A stretch of DNA of 63,468 nucleotides, counting the filler, from Reticulomyxa filosa (lineage: Eukaryota > Protista > Foraminifera), in the NCBI GenBank assembly GCA_000512085.1. It is 11 parts of 11 records of this genome, joined end to end, with 100 filler letters (N's around TTAATTAATTAA, not from the genome) between each part and the next. Parts side by side here need not be neighbours in the genome. Positions count along the whole stretch, not along the records: positions 13,014 to 14,205 come from ASPP01018264.1; positions 14,306 to 15,963 come from ASPP01006054.1; positions 16,064 to 30,513 come from ASPP01029166.1; 8 more parts are not named here. The stretch is one strand, 5' to 3'. The position numbers and the translations under genes are program-made. Shown here in pieces: positions 13,264 to 26,100 of this stretch. The first letter of the stretch is position 1. Each line of letters opens with the position of its first letter. The notes under the pieces were generated by a model that worked only from the letters and a program-made list of their open reading frames with translations, searched no databases and was not told where the DNA came from.

Positions 13264-13929
13264 ATGACCAGACAAACCATGACCATGGGTGCCGACGTTG
13301 CTGACTACCTGTTGCAGGTGGGGGTACGCGAACACCCGGTACAGCGCGCACTGCGCGAGTTCACTGCCACCCATCGCCTGGCCAAGATGCAGATTGCGCC
13401 GGAGCAGGGGCAGTTCCTCACCTGGCTGGTGGGCTTGACCGGCGCCCGCCGTTATCTGGAAATCGGTACCTTTACCGGCTACAGCGCGCTGACCGTCACC
13501 CTGGCCATGGGCGAGCAGGGCAGTACCGTGTGCTGCGACATGAGCACCGAATTCACCACCATCGCGCGCCAGTACTGGGCCGAAGCCGGCGTGGATGGCC
13601 GCATCGACCTGTACGTGCAACCGGCAGTGCGCACGCTGGCCATGTTGCTGGCGCAGGGCCAGGCCGGCACCTTCGACCTGGCCTTCATCGACGCCGACAA
13701 GAACAACTACCCGGAATACTACGAAACCTGCCTGCAGCTGGTGCGCCCGGGCGGCATCATCGCCATCGACAACATCCTGCTCAATGGCCGTGTGGTAGAC
13801 CCGCAGCCGGACCACCCGCGCAGCGTCCCCATCATGCGCGCCTTCAACGACGCGCTGGTCAACGACCCGCGTGTCAGCCTGTGTATCCTGCCGATGGGCG
13901 ACGGCATGACGCTGCTGCGCAAACTGTAA
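13264..13929 (+). CDS. SAM-dependent O-methyltransferase, caffeoyl-CoA/COMT-like (Methyltransf_3), bacterial
   Basis: MQIAPEQGQFL, LEIGTFTGYSAL, FDLAFIDADKNNY, PGGIIAIDN, LPMGDGMTL. Start placed at ATG 13264 because the longer ORF crosses the terminator. Confidence 0.93.
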   Translation: MTRQTMTMGADVADYLLQVGVREHPVQRALREFTATHRLAKMQIAPEQGQFLTWLVGLTGARRYLEIGTFTGYSALTVTLAMGEQGSTVCCDMSTEFTTIARQYWAEAGVDGRIDLYVQPAVRTLAMLLAQGQAGTFDLAFIDADKNNYPEYYETCLQLVRPGGIIAIDNILLNGRVVDPQPDHPRSVPIMRAFNDALVNDPRVSLCILPMGDGMTLLRKL

Positions 13930-14031
13930 GCCGGCGCGCAGGAACCTGGCCGCCGGCGCGCAGTCTGTCCGGCATGTGTTTGTGCGCTGCCGGTGTTACC
14001 ATCGGCTTGTTTATTGAATCAGGATACCGCC

Positions 14032-14205
14032 ATGTTGCAACGCCGCCCGCGCCGCATGATGAACCAGATGAATGTGGTGCCTTACATTGACGTGATGCTG
14101 GTGCTGCTGGTGATCTTCATGGTCACCGCGCCCATGTTCACGCCCGGCGTCATCGACGTGCCCAGCGTCAGCCGTGCCGCGCAGGTGGACACCACGCCGC
14201 TGGAA
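14032..14205 (+). CDS. tolR: TolR (ExbD/TolR family), 3' truncated
   Basis: MLQRRPRRMMNQMNVVPYIDVMLVLLVIFMVTAPM; AGGA ribosome-binding site upstream of ATG 14032. Confidence 0.88.
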
Positions 14206-14349
14206 NNNNNNNNNNNNNNNNNNNNNNNNNNNNNNNNNNNNNNNNNNNNTTAATTAATTAANNNNNNNNNNNNNNNNNNNNNNNNNNNNNNNNNNNNNNN
14301 NNNNNAAAAAAAAAAAAAAAAAAAAAAGGGGTTTAAAAAAAAAAAAAAA

Positions 14350-14955
14350 TTTGTTTTTTTGGTAACTGTTTTTGAACCAAGGACTTTGGATACAAACAAA
14401 AGGTGAAATTATGTTGGTTGTGGTGAAGCACTAAGAGCAGCCCATGTGTCGATTTGAGATTGGTGTCGACCCTTTCGAAACTCGATTTCGATTCAATCTC
14501 TTTGGTTTCTTGCTTCAATTGAACACTATTGTTCGCAATGATTGCTGTTGCGGACATTGTTGCTATTGCTGTTGTCATGGTCGTGATTGGATCGTTGAAG
14601 TCTTCCTCCGTATAGTATATCCAATCCTTGGCCAAGTCCGTCGACGGAAGCCTCTCATCGTCGATGATGCAATGCGCAATCTCTTCGATAATGGCCAGCG
14701 GCACTGGAACAGCCGACAATGCTTTTCGAGAAATACATTATTGCAACTCAGGTACTTTTGCACTACTCCATACACTTGCTGCAATGATAAGTGCATACGC
14801 GTTTGAATCGAACTCAAGTTGTTCTTATCTATCGTCGACTCGAAGATGCGCTTTGATCGCATGTCTCGCAACTCTAAATGCACGCTCTTCTTGTTCTCGC
14901 ATAGTTGCAAATGCACGCCAAAATTCGTCTTTGTCCCTGGGAATTTTACTTCCAT
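14350..14955 (-). CDS. Hypothetical protein; two overlapping frames joined by an intron or frameshift near 14720-14750; 3' end at contig edge
   Basis: ORF 14575-14955 and ORF 14333-14719 both have coding-like composition; no family recognised. Confidence 0.45.
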
Positions 14956-15362
14956 GGTCTCTTTTCAATTTCCTGGCATTCGTCTACTGCCACACACTTT
15001 CAAAAACAGAAGATCATAATTGGTGGCACAGGGGAGAAAAATTTTCCTTCCCACCCCCCCCTCCCTCGTCCGTCACTCGTGTTTCGGGCTCTTTCTTTTT
15101 TTGAACTTGGAAGCGATAAGCGTTTATTTATCTTTTTTTGGTGCTGTCGCTTGAGTGAAAGACATTCCACAAGTTTTTGCACTTTTTTAAAAAACTATTG
15201 AATTTTCTGCTAGCTTTGTCTTTTGTAAATGCTTTCCTTTAGTCAACACATTTATATTGTTTAGGTAAGGATTTTGAACTTTTATCTTTGGGAAAAACTG
15301 TTTTGTAGTTGAAAGCATCAGTAACTTAAAAAAAGTTCGTGTTCAAAGAATTTTTTCAAAGA

Positions 15363-15963
15363 ATGTCTCATTCAGGTAATAGACACATCATAAAGAAGCA
15401 TTTAGTCAAAATATAATGTAGAAAGAGCAAAAGAGAGGAGTTTGTGATACTGGACAGGATAAACTCTTTTTTTTTTCCTCCCTCCCTCTCCTCCCTTTTC
15501 CCTCCAAAAAAAAGGGGTTCTCAACCAATGGGTAGAATCAAAATATCTGCGCGACTTTGGAATATTGAAGGAGAAGTCAGGACTGCACGTAGTATATCAA
15601 ACGAAGTTCTACACAGAAGAAGAATTCACGGCAGTAAAGAAAGATAATATTCCACTGTTTTTTTTATTCGGAGACAATGAAGAAGATAATATGAGGGACA
15701 AATTAAGAGATGAAAGGCTGGGTCTCGCAGGACAAGCGAGTGTTGCAGGAAAGCCTCAATTTGAAGGTTTTATTTCCTTTGGGATCATTACTGTCTGGAA
15801 CTCAGTTAAAGGCTATTTTTCCTATACATATGTGTATATACATATATGTGTGTATATGTCACTGTATGATATTAAAAAAAGGCAAAGGTTTAGGGATTGC
15901 ACAAAAAAAAAAAAAAAAAAAAAAGTGTCTGTGATGTACTAACTTCTTTGCATTTGGGGGGGG
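15363..15963 (+). CDS. Intron-containing gene with a phage/bacterial-type FGDN...GxxGQA...GIxT domain (recalled as DUF7831-like); 5' exons uncertain, 3' truncated
   Basis: Exon at about 15515-15810 reads VLNQWVESKYLRDFGILKEKSGLHVVYQTKFYTEEEFTAVKKDNIPLFFLFGDNEED...LGLAGQASVAGKPQFEGFISFGIITVWNSVK, flanked by host-type TA/poly-A intron sequence. Confidence 0.55.
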
Positions 15964-16399
15964 NNNNNNNNNNNNNNNNNNNNNNNNNNNNNNNNNNNNN
16001 NNNNNNNTTAATTAATTAANNNNNNNNNNNNNNNNNNNNNNNNNNNNNNNNNNNNNNNNNNNNAGGAGCAATTCTAATGCTCAACCGAATCCTCTGAGCC
16101 TTGTTTTTGAAGCGTTGAAGTCTCATAGAAATATTGAAATTCAATTCACCTCTTTTTAACAAATTACAGCAACTAAATAAAAAATAAAATGTAAATACTT
16201 ATTATTAAAGAAAAGCATCCAAATGTTGTTGATATTGCCATTTCGGCTTATTTAATAGAAAAATAGTTCAATTTTGTTCGCCATTCGTTTTGTGTGTTTT
16301 GTTTGTTATCTTGTATATATCTGATCTCACGCAAAATTGCAATATCAGATATCTGAAAGTTTTCAACTAGTAGGAAAAATTTTCTTATCTCGATGATGA

Positions 16400-17100
16400 A
16401 GGATTTCCTTTTTTTTTTGAAACACTTCTTGATATCATGTCCGCTATCAAGGATTTAGAGAAGCATGTCAAGCGTCAATTAAGACATTGCTGCCACATTT
16501 TAAATTCAGCATATCGAACCTGGGAAGTTTGGTGATTGGAGGCAAGACATTGGATCCCAAAATTGTAAATGAATTTTCAAAGTTCGTTGTTGCAACTGGA
16601 AGGAAATTTGAATTGTTTCATCCTATTTGAAACTTTTTCATTACTTTTATGACCAATCCCCTTTACAACCACTTCTTTCATCTTGTATTCGCTATCTGAT
16701 ACTTGACAAATGATGTATTTATTAAATCCTACTACATTAATATCATTCACAAAATCTTGTACATTGAACATATTACTATTTCTGTTAAGGCAAAACACTA
16801 GCTTGTTAGCCTTTGTATTATAATTGTTCATATTGTTTTCCAATATTTTTTCGAATATCCCGTGACAACTTGATTGTAATTTTTAATTTACGACAATGTT
16901 CGATCGCTCTGCAAATGTGAATACTACTGTCGGAAGCTTTACACTTTTGGATCAGTTTTCATTGTCTCGATATCGAATTTGAGATACCGAATTAAGCATT
17001 TTGAAGTTTTACACTTGTTCCAATAAGTTTTCACTTAAAACGTGCATATCGTAATTATGATCTGATATAGAAATTTTTTTTGTATATTCTTCTTCCGCAC
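16400..17100 (-). pseudogene. Possible heavily decayed ORF, weakly like a non-LTR retroelement ORF1/gag
   Basis: Short ORF 16577-16843 contains EVVVKGI and is followed by broken Cys/His pieces (QQCLN...GHDIKKC). Many stops; no RT motif seen. Confidence 0.2.
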
Positions 17101-19388
17101 GTTTTCAAAGCCTTGTTATCAGCTAGTGTTTCAGTTTTGCCAGAAGTTCATTAAAATTTAGTTCTGCCAACACAAAAACCTGATATTTGCGTATATGTTG
17201 ACAATTTATAAAATGCTTATTACAATCTTAAGGCAAGCAAGGTTCTGCTTTCTCCCACAAGCCTCCCGTTTCCAGTAAAAGAGTTACTATCCCAGTTCCA
17301 TGAGTTTGCACATCTGTACTATTAAAACAACTGATGTCAATATACTCTGTGAATTTAACCAAGCACTTCAACCGCCACTCATATTCTAAACATACTACGA
17401 AAACCCACCAAAAATGAATTGCAAAAATGTTGCCGAAAGCTGTAATAAAAGGTAATAAGTCGCACTATAATGTGGGAGTATGCTGCCGATGAAATATTAC
17501 ACTAAATGTAATACGAAAGGTTAATTAACTCTTTTGAGAAAGTATCAACGAAAAAGATTAAATAAAAAAAAAGGAAAACAAATGTGTGGAAATGAGTACA
17601 CCGAAACACCAGATTAAAACGAGACAAGAAAACACTGGTGAGTGAAAAGTGTTAGTAAAAGTTTAACCCACCGGGAGTTCATAAGCCCCTTTAACGATTC
17701 TATCTATATAGTAGGAGCTTCTTACAATAATAACTTTATATCATTATAAAAAAAAATTTTCAAGTAGTAAAAGTTTCTTTTGAGTCTTTCTTGAGTTTTC
17801 TTGACTTTTCTCGATCTCGCGAAATTTCTTGACTACCAAAATCTTTAATCTAGATTTCAAAATTTCCTTAAGCGATATTGAAGTATCTAGTCATTTCTAA
17901 CTTAAAATACAACTTTAATGTCTCTTTTTCTTTTAAATTTTCCACTGCCAACTGACTAAGTTTTAGTCAGATGATTATCATGTCTGTTTGATATTTTTTA
18001 TTTTTGTATATTAACAATTCCGTGACTCCATTATCCAACATTAAACCAACATCAACGCAAATGTATATTAACAATATCACAAAAACCGAAGCATTTAGCT
18101 TCTTTACTTGTATAAAGTCATTATTTATTATCTACTCATTTTTTAAGCAGGCAAAAGTAATTCCTCATATCTTATTGTTGATAAAAAATTTTATTTGTAA
18201 TGCTACTTGTAAGTAGCTGACGATTTGTAAGGACATATTTTTTAGTAATTTGTGGACGTGATACTTTTACAAGTTCGCTGAGATAAAAACTACGTTTTTA
18301 GTTGAAGGGTTACAGAGAAATATTCTCTCCAAAAATAAGTTGCAATGACCCAAAAGGATATCATTGATATTAAAAATGAAGTAAACTCGATAAAAGAATC
18401 TATCGAAAAACTAAGAGAAGCCAATGCTGAAATTCAAAGAACAGTTAGTCAATTGTGTACTTTCACTAACACGTGTTTCAAAAGGTGTTGAACTGTAGGA
18501 GTTGAAAAATCTTGGGCGTCGATTGCAAGCATTAGAAGAAAAAATGGACACAGTTGAGTGATTAAAATGCGATAAGACAAACCACAAACCATACATACGT
18601 AAATCATAACCTATAGGCACGCTTGTCGGACGTAGAGAGAAATTTCACCAAGAAAGAAATACTGAATATTTTTTTAAAAGTATGCTCTATTTAAAATTTC
18701 TCAAAAAAACAAAACATATGTGTGTGAAATGGTTAGTCATTGGCTCAAGGAATCAGTTTTTATTTTGCGTATTTGTTATTGGGCGTTGTTTGGGACAAGT
18801 TTGTTAAGAAAGATGCAAATACTGTCAAGACAACTGACAATAACTAATCCAATGTTTATTTTTGGGGCTATAACTAACGACATTCCAAATCCCAAATAAA
18901 AGAAAATTAAAATACAGTGTCAGCTGTATTTATCCTCTTGCCTTTTCTTTGTAGAAAATGAACTAATTTCTTGTTTCCGAATGCTTACATTAACATACGC
19001 TCTCTACAAAAAAAAGGATACTCTCCAAATGTGGATAGAACTTTCGTGCGAATTCATGTCAATTTTGTTTCTTTACTGATCTTTGTTCAACAAAGATGAT
19101 ATAACCCTCAGTTTTTTCATAGTTTTTATAAAAAATTTTACTTGGAAAGCAATGTCGTAGTAGAATCCAGCATGATAACGTATTAACAAACAGTCTTTTA
19201 GCATAACCGTATTGTTCAAATTCAAGTTTGATTCATCCAAATTTTGCCATGTTTGTTAACAAAAAAAAACTATTGAGTATCCGGTTGGCTAAACAAAATT
19301 TTACTCAAGGATTTGAATACACGAACACAAAACATCAAATTGTTTCCTCCAGTCATACCATCTTCAAACATTGAGATAAATCGAGTGC

Positions 19389-22016
19389 TTAGAGTTGATC
19401 TGCGCTGCCTGATTTAGGAACTGTTTTAGATTTGGTCTCGGAGAAGAGCATTTTTTCACAATCATCAATACAAGGAAGTAACTCAGATAATCCATTAACA
19501 ATTTCCTTTTTGGAGAATTTGTTATTGATTTTGGTGACGTACATTAACATTTTGCTCCAATATTTAGTCATGTTCTTGTTTTTATTGGCGATATCGTTGC
19601 ATAAGACAAGGACGTGATATTTTATATTCCAATTTAAAAGGTCAAATATCCACAAAAACAATTGCAAACTTTGTGACAAATTCAAGTGTTGCTTCATTTT
19701 ACGTGTTGAGCTATCTTTCTCACTGTTCATTTCGTTTTTTAATTTTTCATGACTTGCTTTAATTTCACATAATATATTTTCATTTAAAATTTGCAATAAT
19801 TTTGTCCAATGACCAGCAACAGTAACATCAAGATTGTCATACAATTTATTCTGTGCCACAGGAATAGTCTCTTTTGAACCACCATACACGCAAGGCAACG
19901 GTATTAAGAGGCTCTCATCGTTTGAATCTTGTTTCTCTTCTTTGCTTTCTGAAGAGATATTTTCTTGTTTCATTCGATCAATACATCCAAATATTCGGTC
20001 TTTATATTTGGAAAGAACGACTAATTTGTTTCCTAATTGTAACTATGAGTACATATAGTGTACTCACTTTTTCAAATAAAAATAAAAGTGCTTATACACA
20101 TATACATATATTTCTTGTTGAATTATATTTGGTTATGTCATTACCGTGTCATTGTCAGATGGGAGAGCATTGACATGAACATAATTGCCGAAATCAGTCA
20201 AGTTGGTTTGAAATAACAACAGCTGGAGTTCGCAAAAGGAAATGGGATTATAACAAGGTTTGTAATGTTCAACAAATTCGGTATTATTTTCCAAGAAAAG
20301 TTGCAATTGGCCCAACGAACATTTGGAAATTGAAAATCGCATGATTAAATAAAATAAAAGTTTCCAGAGTACCTCAAGCAATACATTTGGAATCACTTCG
20401 TTGGCAAGATGACCGTGTCCTAACAAATCACGGAACCGTGGCCCATCGCTTTGTTCGTCAAATGAATTGCTATTTATGATTTTGCTTCATTTAACAAATA
20501 GACACACGTAACTTTGCAATGATTAGATCTTGAAGCAAATAAAAACAGCCATGTGCAATCCATAGTTTGAGGCTTTCTACGGTCAGACCAGAATCAATTT
20601 TCATTTTAAATAAATCTCGTGAATTTAGGCACCAAAAAGAAACGAATTGAATATCATCTTCGGCTAATATTCGAGTTGAATGTAGGCTTTTCTGATGAGA
20701 TGAAATGGAGACGACCAATCGTCGCAATCCACTGTCCAAAATGCCAAATAATAAGCTGCTCAAATAGTAGGTAGGCATTTGATTCAATAGATATCTATTA
20801 TCAAATAGCAAACAACAAATGGCAAATGAAACGAATGGGACTTTGAAACAATCGTTTATGTTTTGTATATGTTTATGAAAACTCAACTGTTCAACGCACC
20901 ACATAAAGTCATTGTGGTAATCACAACTAAGGAAATAGCTATTTTCAACAAGCGATTGGACACCCTTCAACTCTTTGCATGAAATCCATTGTCGCAAAGG
21001 CTTTTCAAAGCCATTTTGAACCCATGGACTGGTATTGGGTAATATATTCCATTTTTCAAATGCCAACAACTCACTTGAAAGTGGTCTAGAGATCTTTGCA
21101 AGCAATGAACCACCATCGCCACTCGATAATTTTTTCATTAAATCGGCAAAAATTGCAATTAAAAAAGTCACAAATACCAAAGGCACGCTTTCATTGGTGA
21201 AAAATCCATGCCACAACAAATTTCGAAAGTTGTCTGAATACGGTGGGCCCATAATGCACCACAAAATTAGATGGAATTCTTCACCTTTTTTATTCAAAAA
21301 TGATTTGTTTGAAGAGTTCATCAATTCTACAAACAAACAATATCTAACAAACCTAAAATTTCTTTAAGTTCTTTCAATTGAAAAAATTCCACAAAATTGT
21401 GTGGTATATATTCTGCTTTTGAATTTTTCTTTTGCAAGATATCTCGTTGATAGGTGACAATTGCATCACCCAACATTTTTTCTAAATAGCTCGTCAGCAA
21501 CATAGCACTCATTAAATATTGCTTTTTGTTGTAACATGCAATGCATTCTTGCCATCGTTTTACATATAAACTTTCTACTTTTGGAAATTTCATTTCGGTA
21601 TACGTTTTATCCTGCAGTTTGTCGCTCACAATTGGGTGCACTGCGTGCATAACACATAACAATCGCACACAACAATCATTCACAGTTTCTCGATTCTCCA
21701 ATCCATCGCCATTTCTGGTCTTCATTGGTACTGCTACATATGAACACACGTTTGTCCAGTGCACTTCTCCGTTTTTGCTCAGGTCTGGTAAGTCAATTGC
21801 TGACTTTTGTTTGTCGCCATCAAGAAATAGTCTATTTTTCACACGGGTGTGAAAATGGCCTTCATATTTTTTCCACTGTTGTTTCAGCTGTTGTAAGTCT
21901 GTCTTCAAAGATTTTCCTGCTGAGAGATTGAATTTATGTAGAGTATATCCAGCATAAAAAGAATCAGTAAATACTTTTGCACGCTTTAGAGAAATCTCAC
22001 AAATATTGCTGGACAT
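19389..22016 (-). CDS. ERMARD: ERMARD/C6orf70-like protein (DUF4209); multi-exon
   Basis: LLTSYLEKMLGD...IPHNFVEFFQLKELKEIL...MGPPYSDNFRNLLWHGF, and a second repeat LQDLII...DGPRFRDLLGHG, match the two ERMARD motifs (NLRNVLWHGF; GPRIRDHLSHG). Confidence 0.8.
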
Positions 22017-22737
22017 TTTCGTGTTTTTTCTTTACACTGAAACGTCTTGAGCTGCCCTGCTTTCAGACTTCTTTTCAGCTGAAAAATTTGTAATCTTTTT
22101 AATTTTGAATTACAGTTGAATTGAGGCATCTGTTTTTTTTTCGCAAGTAAATTGCATTTGATCCGAAACTGATTAGTACAAAAATGGTATCCGCACGTAA
22201 CAAAGAAAAACCGACAAGTACTGAACAAAAAAATTCGTGCCACTTAGTTCACACCCAAACTCTAAACATCATCCTATTTGCGTCGCATCTACTGTCATAG
22301 GACATTGACTTGTGTCTAATTGAATTTAACAAAAGAGTGGTCTTTTCATCAAGTCACACTGTAGTGCAGGTGCCAAAGACTTTATTTCCGAAGGTGTTTT
22401 TCATACAAATATTTACTGAATTGCAAATAGACAATGAACTGGGTTAATTTATGTGGTGAAGACTCAAATTTATCTATGAAGTCAGAGGACTTTCGCGCAG
22501 TTATAATGAAGTGTTTTCTACATGAATTGCATACAAATGGTCTACTATAATTTGGTTTGAAACATTAAACACCTTCAGCTTCAAAATGAGAAATCGCAAA
22601 GTCGTTCGATGTTGGACCCAGACCTAGACCATAGTCAAGGGGGTGAGTTTGTTTTTTTTGAGATTCTCTATTTTTGGACAACAGGTCAAAATATCGAATA
22701 AAAATCCGAGACGTTGAAAATATTAGGAGTAGGCCAA

Positions 22738-25684
22738 ATGCTACAGCGAACAATGATAAGCAATGAAAATGAATGGAATCAATTGTCTCCGAAGAAAGTA
22801 TTGGAAAAGCCTTGTTTTGGTGATGATGAGCAAGAGAATGACGCATTTAATAGATGTAGCAATGTTACTCCCAAATCCAAGTTCATCGTCAATGAAAAAG
22901 ACACGACAAAGAAAACAAAAAGTAAAATATAAACATTTACGCACTTTGAGAAGTCAAAAAAAAAAAAAGCATTGTTAATGTCTCCGAAATAAATTTATTT
23001 TGTATGTTGAATGAAACAATAAAGACAGTGACAATGATGAAGTTGGTTTTGGTCGATTTTTAATGACCGGGAACAAGACTGAGCCCCGTTCTATCTCATC
23101 TCGTTTGTTTTTTGTTGTTGTTGTTGAGATATCACATTGTCCAAACGCCGAACAAAAAAAAAAAAAAAGAGAAAACGTCACCACAGTCAAAGATCGTTTT
23201 AAGAGCTGCCCAAAATGTGAAAAGTCACAACGGCACACTCGTTTGGACAAAGTCATCTCGACCAACATCCGCTTCAAAAGAAAGAACGACACAAGAAAAA
23301 TGCATGTTTGGAGACATAATGAAAGACGTAACCAATGAACCTGACGAGAGTTCAAACGCGGTAAATCGGCCAATGTCTTTGTGTAAGGATGTCTTGAGAT
23401 CATCGAACGAGTATCAAAGTGAAGTGAAGGAAGCTATACAACTTGAACAAGACGATAACATAGTTCAAGAAAAGTGTCTGCAATCGACCAAGGGTTTGTT
23501 CTCTCTCTCTCTCTCTTTTCCTCCTCTCTCGGGCGTACACAAAGTGTTTTGAATGGAATGCATAGCATCAGACGCCACACAAGAGAATACGACAGCGACA
23601 AAGGAGGAGACGATTCCAAAGGAATTGCCATCGAAAGAAGTCGAGACGATAAAAGAACAAAGCGAAGCGCAGAGTGAAAAGGATGTCAAGACGAATCATC
23701 CGACATATCGGCCCTTGAGGATCGTGTGGGGACCCCCCAAAAAATTGGATGAAGCGTTCATGCTCAAACCTCAAGCGTCGATGAAACAATCCACACAGTC
23801 CGAAAAGACTAACAAAGCATCTGCACCGACCCGGATACGCGTGGGACATAACAGCGGCTACAACACATTGGCACCGAGAGCAGGCAATCGCGAGAGACAT
23901 AGATTCTATCGCAAGGTCGATTCCTTTGTTTTATATGCAAGACTTTTTATGTCAAAAAAAAAAAAAATCAATGACAATAACAAGAGGATTGTGCTTGGCA
24001 ATAGAAAGTGTTTGTTCCAAAAGAAAAGTCGAATAAAAGCAATACATCATCCACATCTGGCGAAAATGAAAAAAAGATAGAACATAACGAGTCTATTCAA
24101 TGCACGGATATAAATATGGCTTCTGATTCTATTACGACAATAGCGTCATCTCAAAAAGACGAATTGAACACATTCGTCCAAGTCAATCAAGATACAAATG
24201 TCAATAACAAGTCATCGACTCTTAATCCTTTTGCAGGACTCTCTTTGGAGGAAAGTCAACAGCTTTTCGTCAGATTGTTCAATGCCGCCAATTTGAACGC
24301 CGAAATCAACACAAAGAATGCCAATGTGTCAAATGCGAATTTTCCTTTTACACCACCGACCACGCTTACCTTTGGTTTGTTTTTTTTTTTTAATAACTAT
24401 GTGTTGTTCCGAATCAAATCGCAACGTCTTTTATTTGTCTTGCGATGCAACAGGCCAACCCATTTTGTTGTTACAAAACGATCCTCTTAATCCCGGTCGC
24501 CAACTCTTAATCCCTCATCTCCCATTACTCGATATGGCCGTCCCTTATGTCGCTCCACAAAATGCGTCCCAAGACGGACATTTGTCTACTGCGTCCACAC
24601 AGTCTCAAAGTGGACATGGTGACCAGATCTTTACGATTGCTCCGAGCTCGCATCTGCCCAATTCATCTCAACCCAGTTGAATTGTAAAACACTTTGACAT
24701 TCATTTGTATATACTTATATTTGTTTGTTTGCAATGGACTTCTTCAGTTAAGAACAATGCTCCTTCTTCGCAACCGGATCAAGCATCAGTTGAAAACATG
24801 GAATCAAATCATGTTCAAGGAGACAATAGCTTTGTCAAAAAAAAAGAACAGCCAAATGTAAATAGTAACAAAATGCAAAGAGTTGATAAAAGACCTCATG
24901 AATCTGACAGTTGAATGTATTTATAGTGCGAAAATGCGAATATGGCTTGATGGATGTCTGTTTATAGAAAACACGGCAAAGACATGGGCAAACAAGTTGT
25001 TTTCCAAAGGACACTCAAAAAGCAATGACAAATGGGAAAAGGCTATATATGTTGAAAAGAAATCCAAATCGCAAAGCGATGAATGTCCTCCGCGTATGTA
25101 TCTTTACATATAAATACGATATCAATTCACACTTTCTTTTTATGTATGCATGTTCATTGAAAAGATCAAAAAAGCAAATTGGAAGAAGAGCTAACCGAAC
25201 ATCAAATTTATTCCAGACAAAAATTGATCGCAATGGGAAAAAACACGACTGGATACGTCAAGTATCGTGCTCTTGTTGCAAAGTTGATGAAATGCATAGC
25301 TGAATGAATTTATCTGATCGAAACACACTCTTTGCACTTTTTTTGTAAAAAAATTACAGAGCACAGCGACACTATCAACGTGATCCTGCAACCCCCGAAC
25401 CAACGAGCAAAATCAGCAAACGTCGCTGGCAAGGAAAGCTTTGCAAATGGAGACGACAGCTACACGAGTATGATCTGACTGAAGTTGATGAAGCTCGGCT
25501 CAAAGAGACACGCCGATTGATTGAAAGGGAATTTCCAATGTTACAAGAGTTGGACGCCGTGACCACGAACCACCACAATGCAACCGATATTGCTGTCTCG
25601 TCCGAGGTAGATCAAGATCAATCTCTCACTGAGCACGATCATAAAACAATCGCACAAACGGATGTCATCAGCGAAATTCAATGA
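22738..25684 (+). CDS. SLBP: Histone mRNA stem-loop binding protein with a long low-complexity N-terminus; multi-exon, upstream exon chain tentative
   Basis: Last two exons splice to LTEHQIYSRQKLIAMGKNTTGYVKYRALVAKAQRHYQRDPATPEPTSKISKRRWQGKLCKWRRQLHEYD, the SLBP RNA-binding domain (RQK...GKNT...Y...P-x-TP...SRR-W...W...LH-x-D). Absent from the ORF track. Confidence 0.8.
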
Positions 25685-26100
25685 AATTCAGATTATACTT
25701 TTCAATCTCAAAGACAAGACTAAAAAAAAAGTACTTTTTTTTTGTTTTTTGTGGAGGTGAACACAATTGTTATCTCATTTTTCTTCTCAACTAGTTGAAA
25801 ATGATTTGTTTCATTTATTTACATGACTATTTTCCAATTTTATTGAGATTTGCAAGAAACATATCAGTAGTATGTATAATCCTTCCGAAACTTTTACCAT
25901 TACTACTTATATTGAGTACCTCCGAGACACTATCATTGTTTTACAAATTTTTTGACACCTAGAAAAAAAGGTGATCAGCCTTTTCTTTTCAAAGATAAAA
26001 GCAAACAAGTAAACTATTAGTCACACAGGCCAAACATAAGCATTCAATTTCAAGGGAGTAAAAGACTAAAGAAAGTGAAAAGTATTAAGAAACAAAGGTA

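Noticed and set aside
13014-14205. Horizontal transfer of bacterial genes into the host
   Set aside because: Separate contig with no host junction, introns or compositional amelioration; contamination or an associated bacterium is more likely.
18345-18562. Short coiled-coil-like reading (MTQKDIIDIKNEVNSIKESIEKL...)
   Set aside because: Broken by a frameshift and stop, short, and without homology support.
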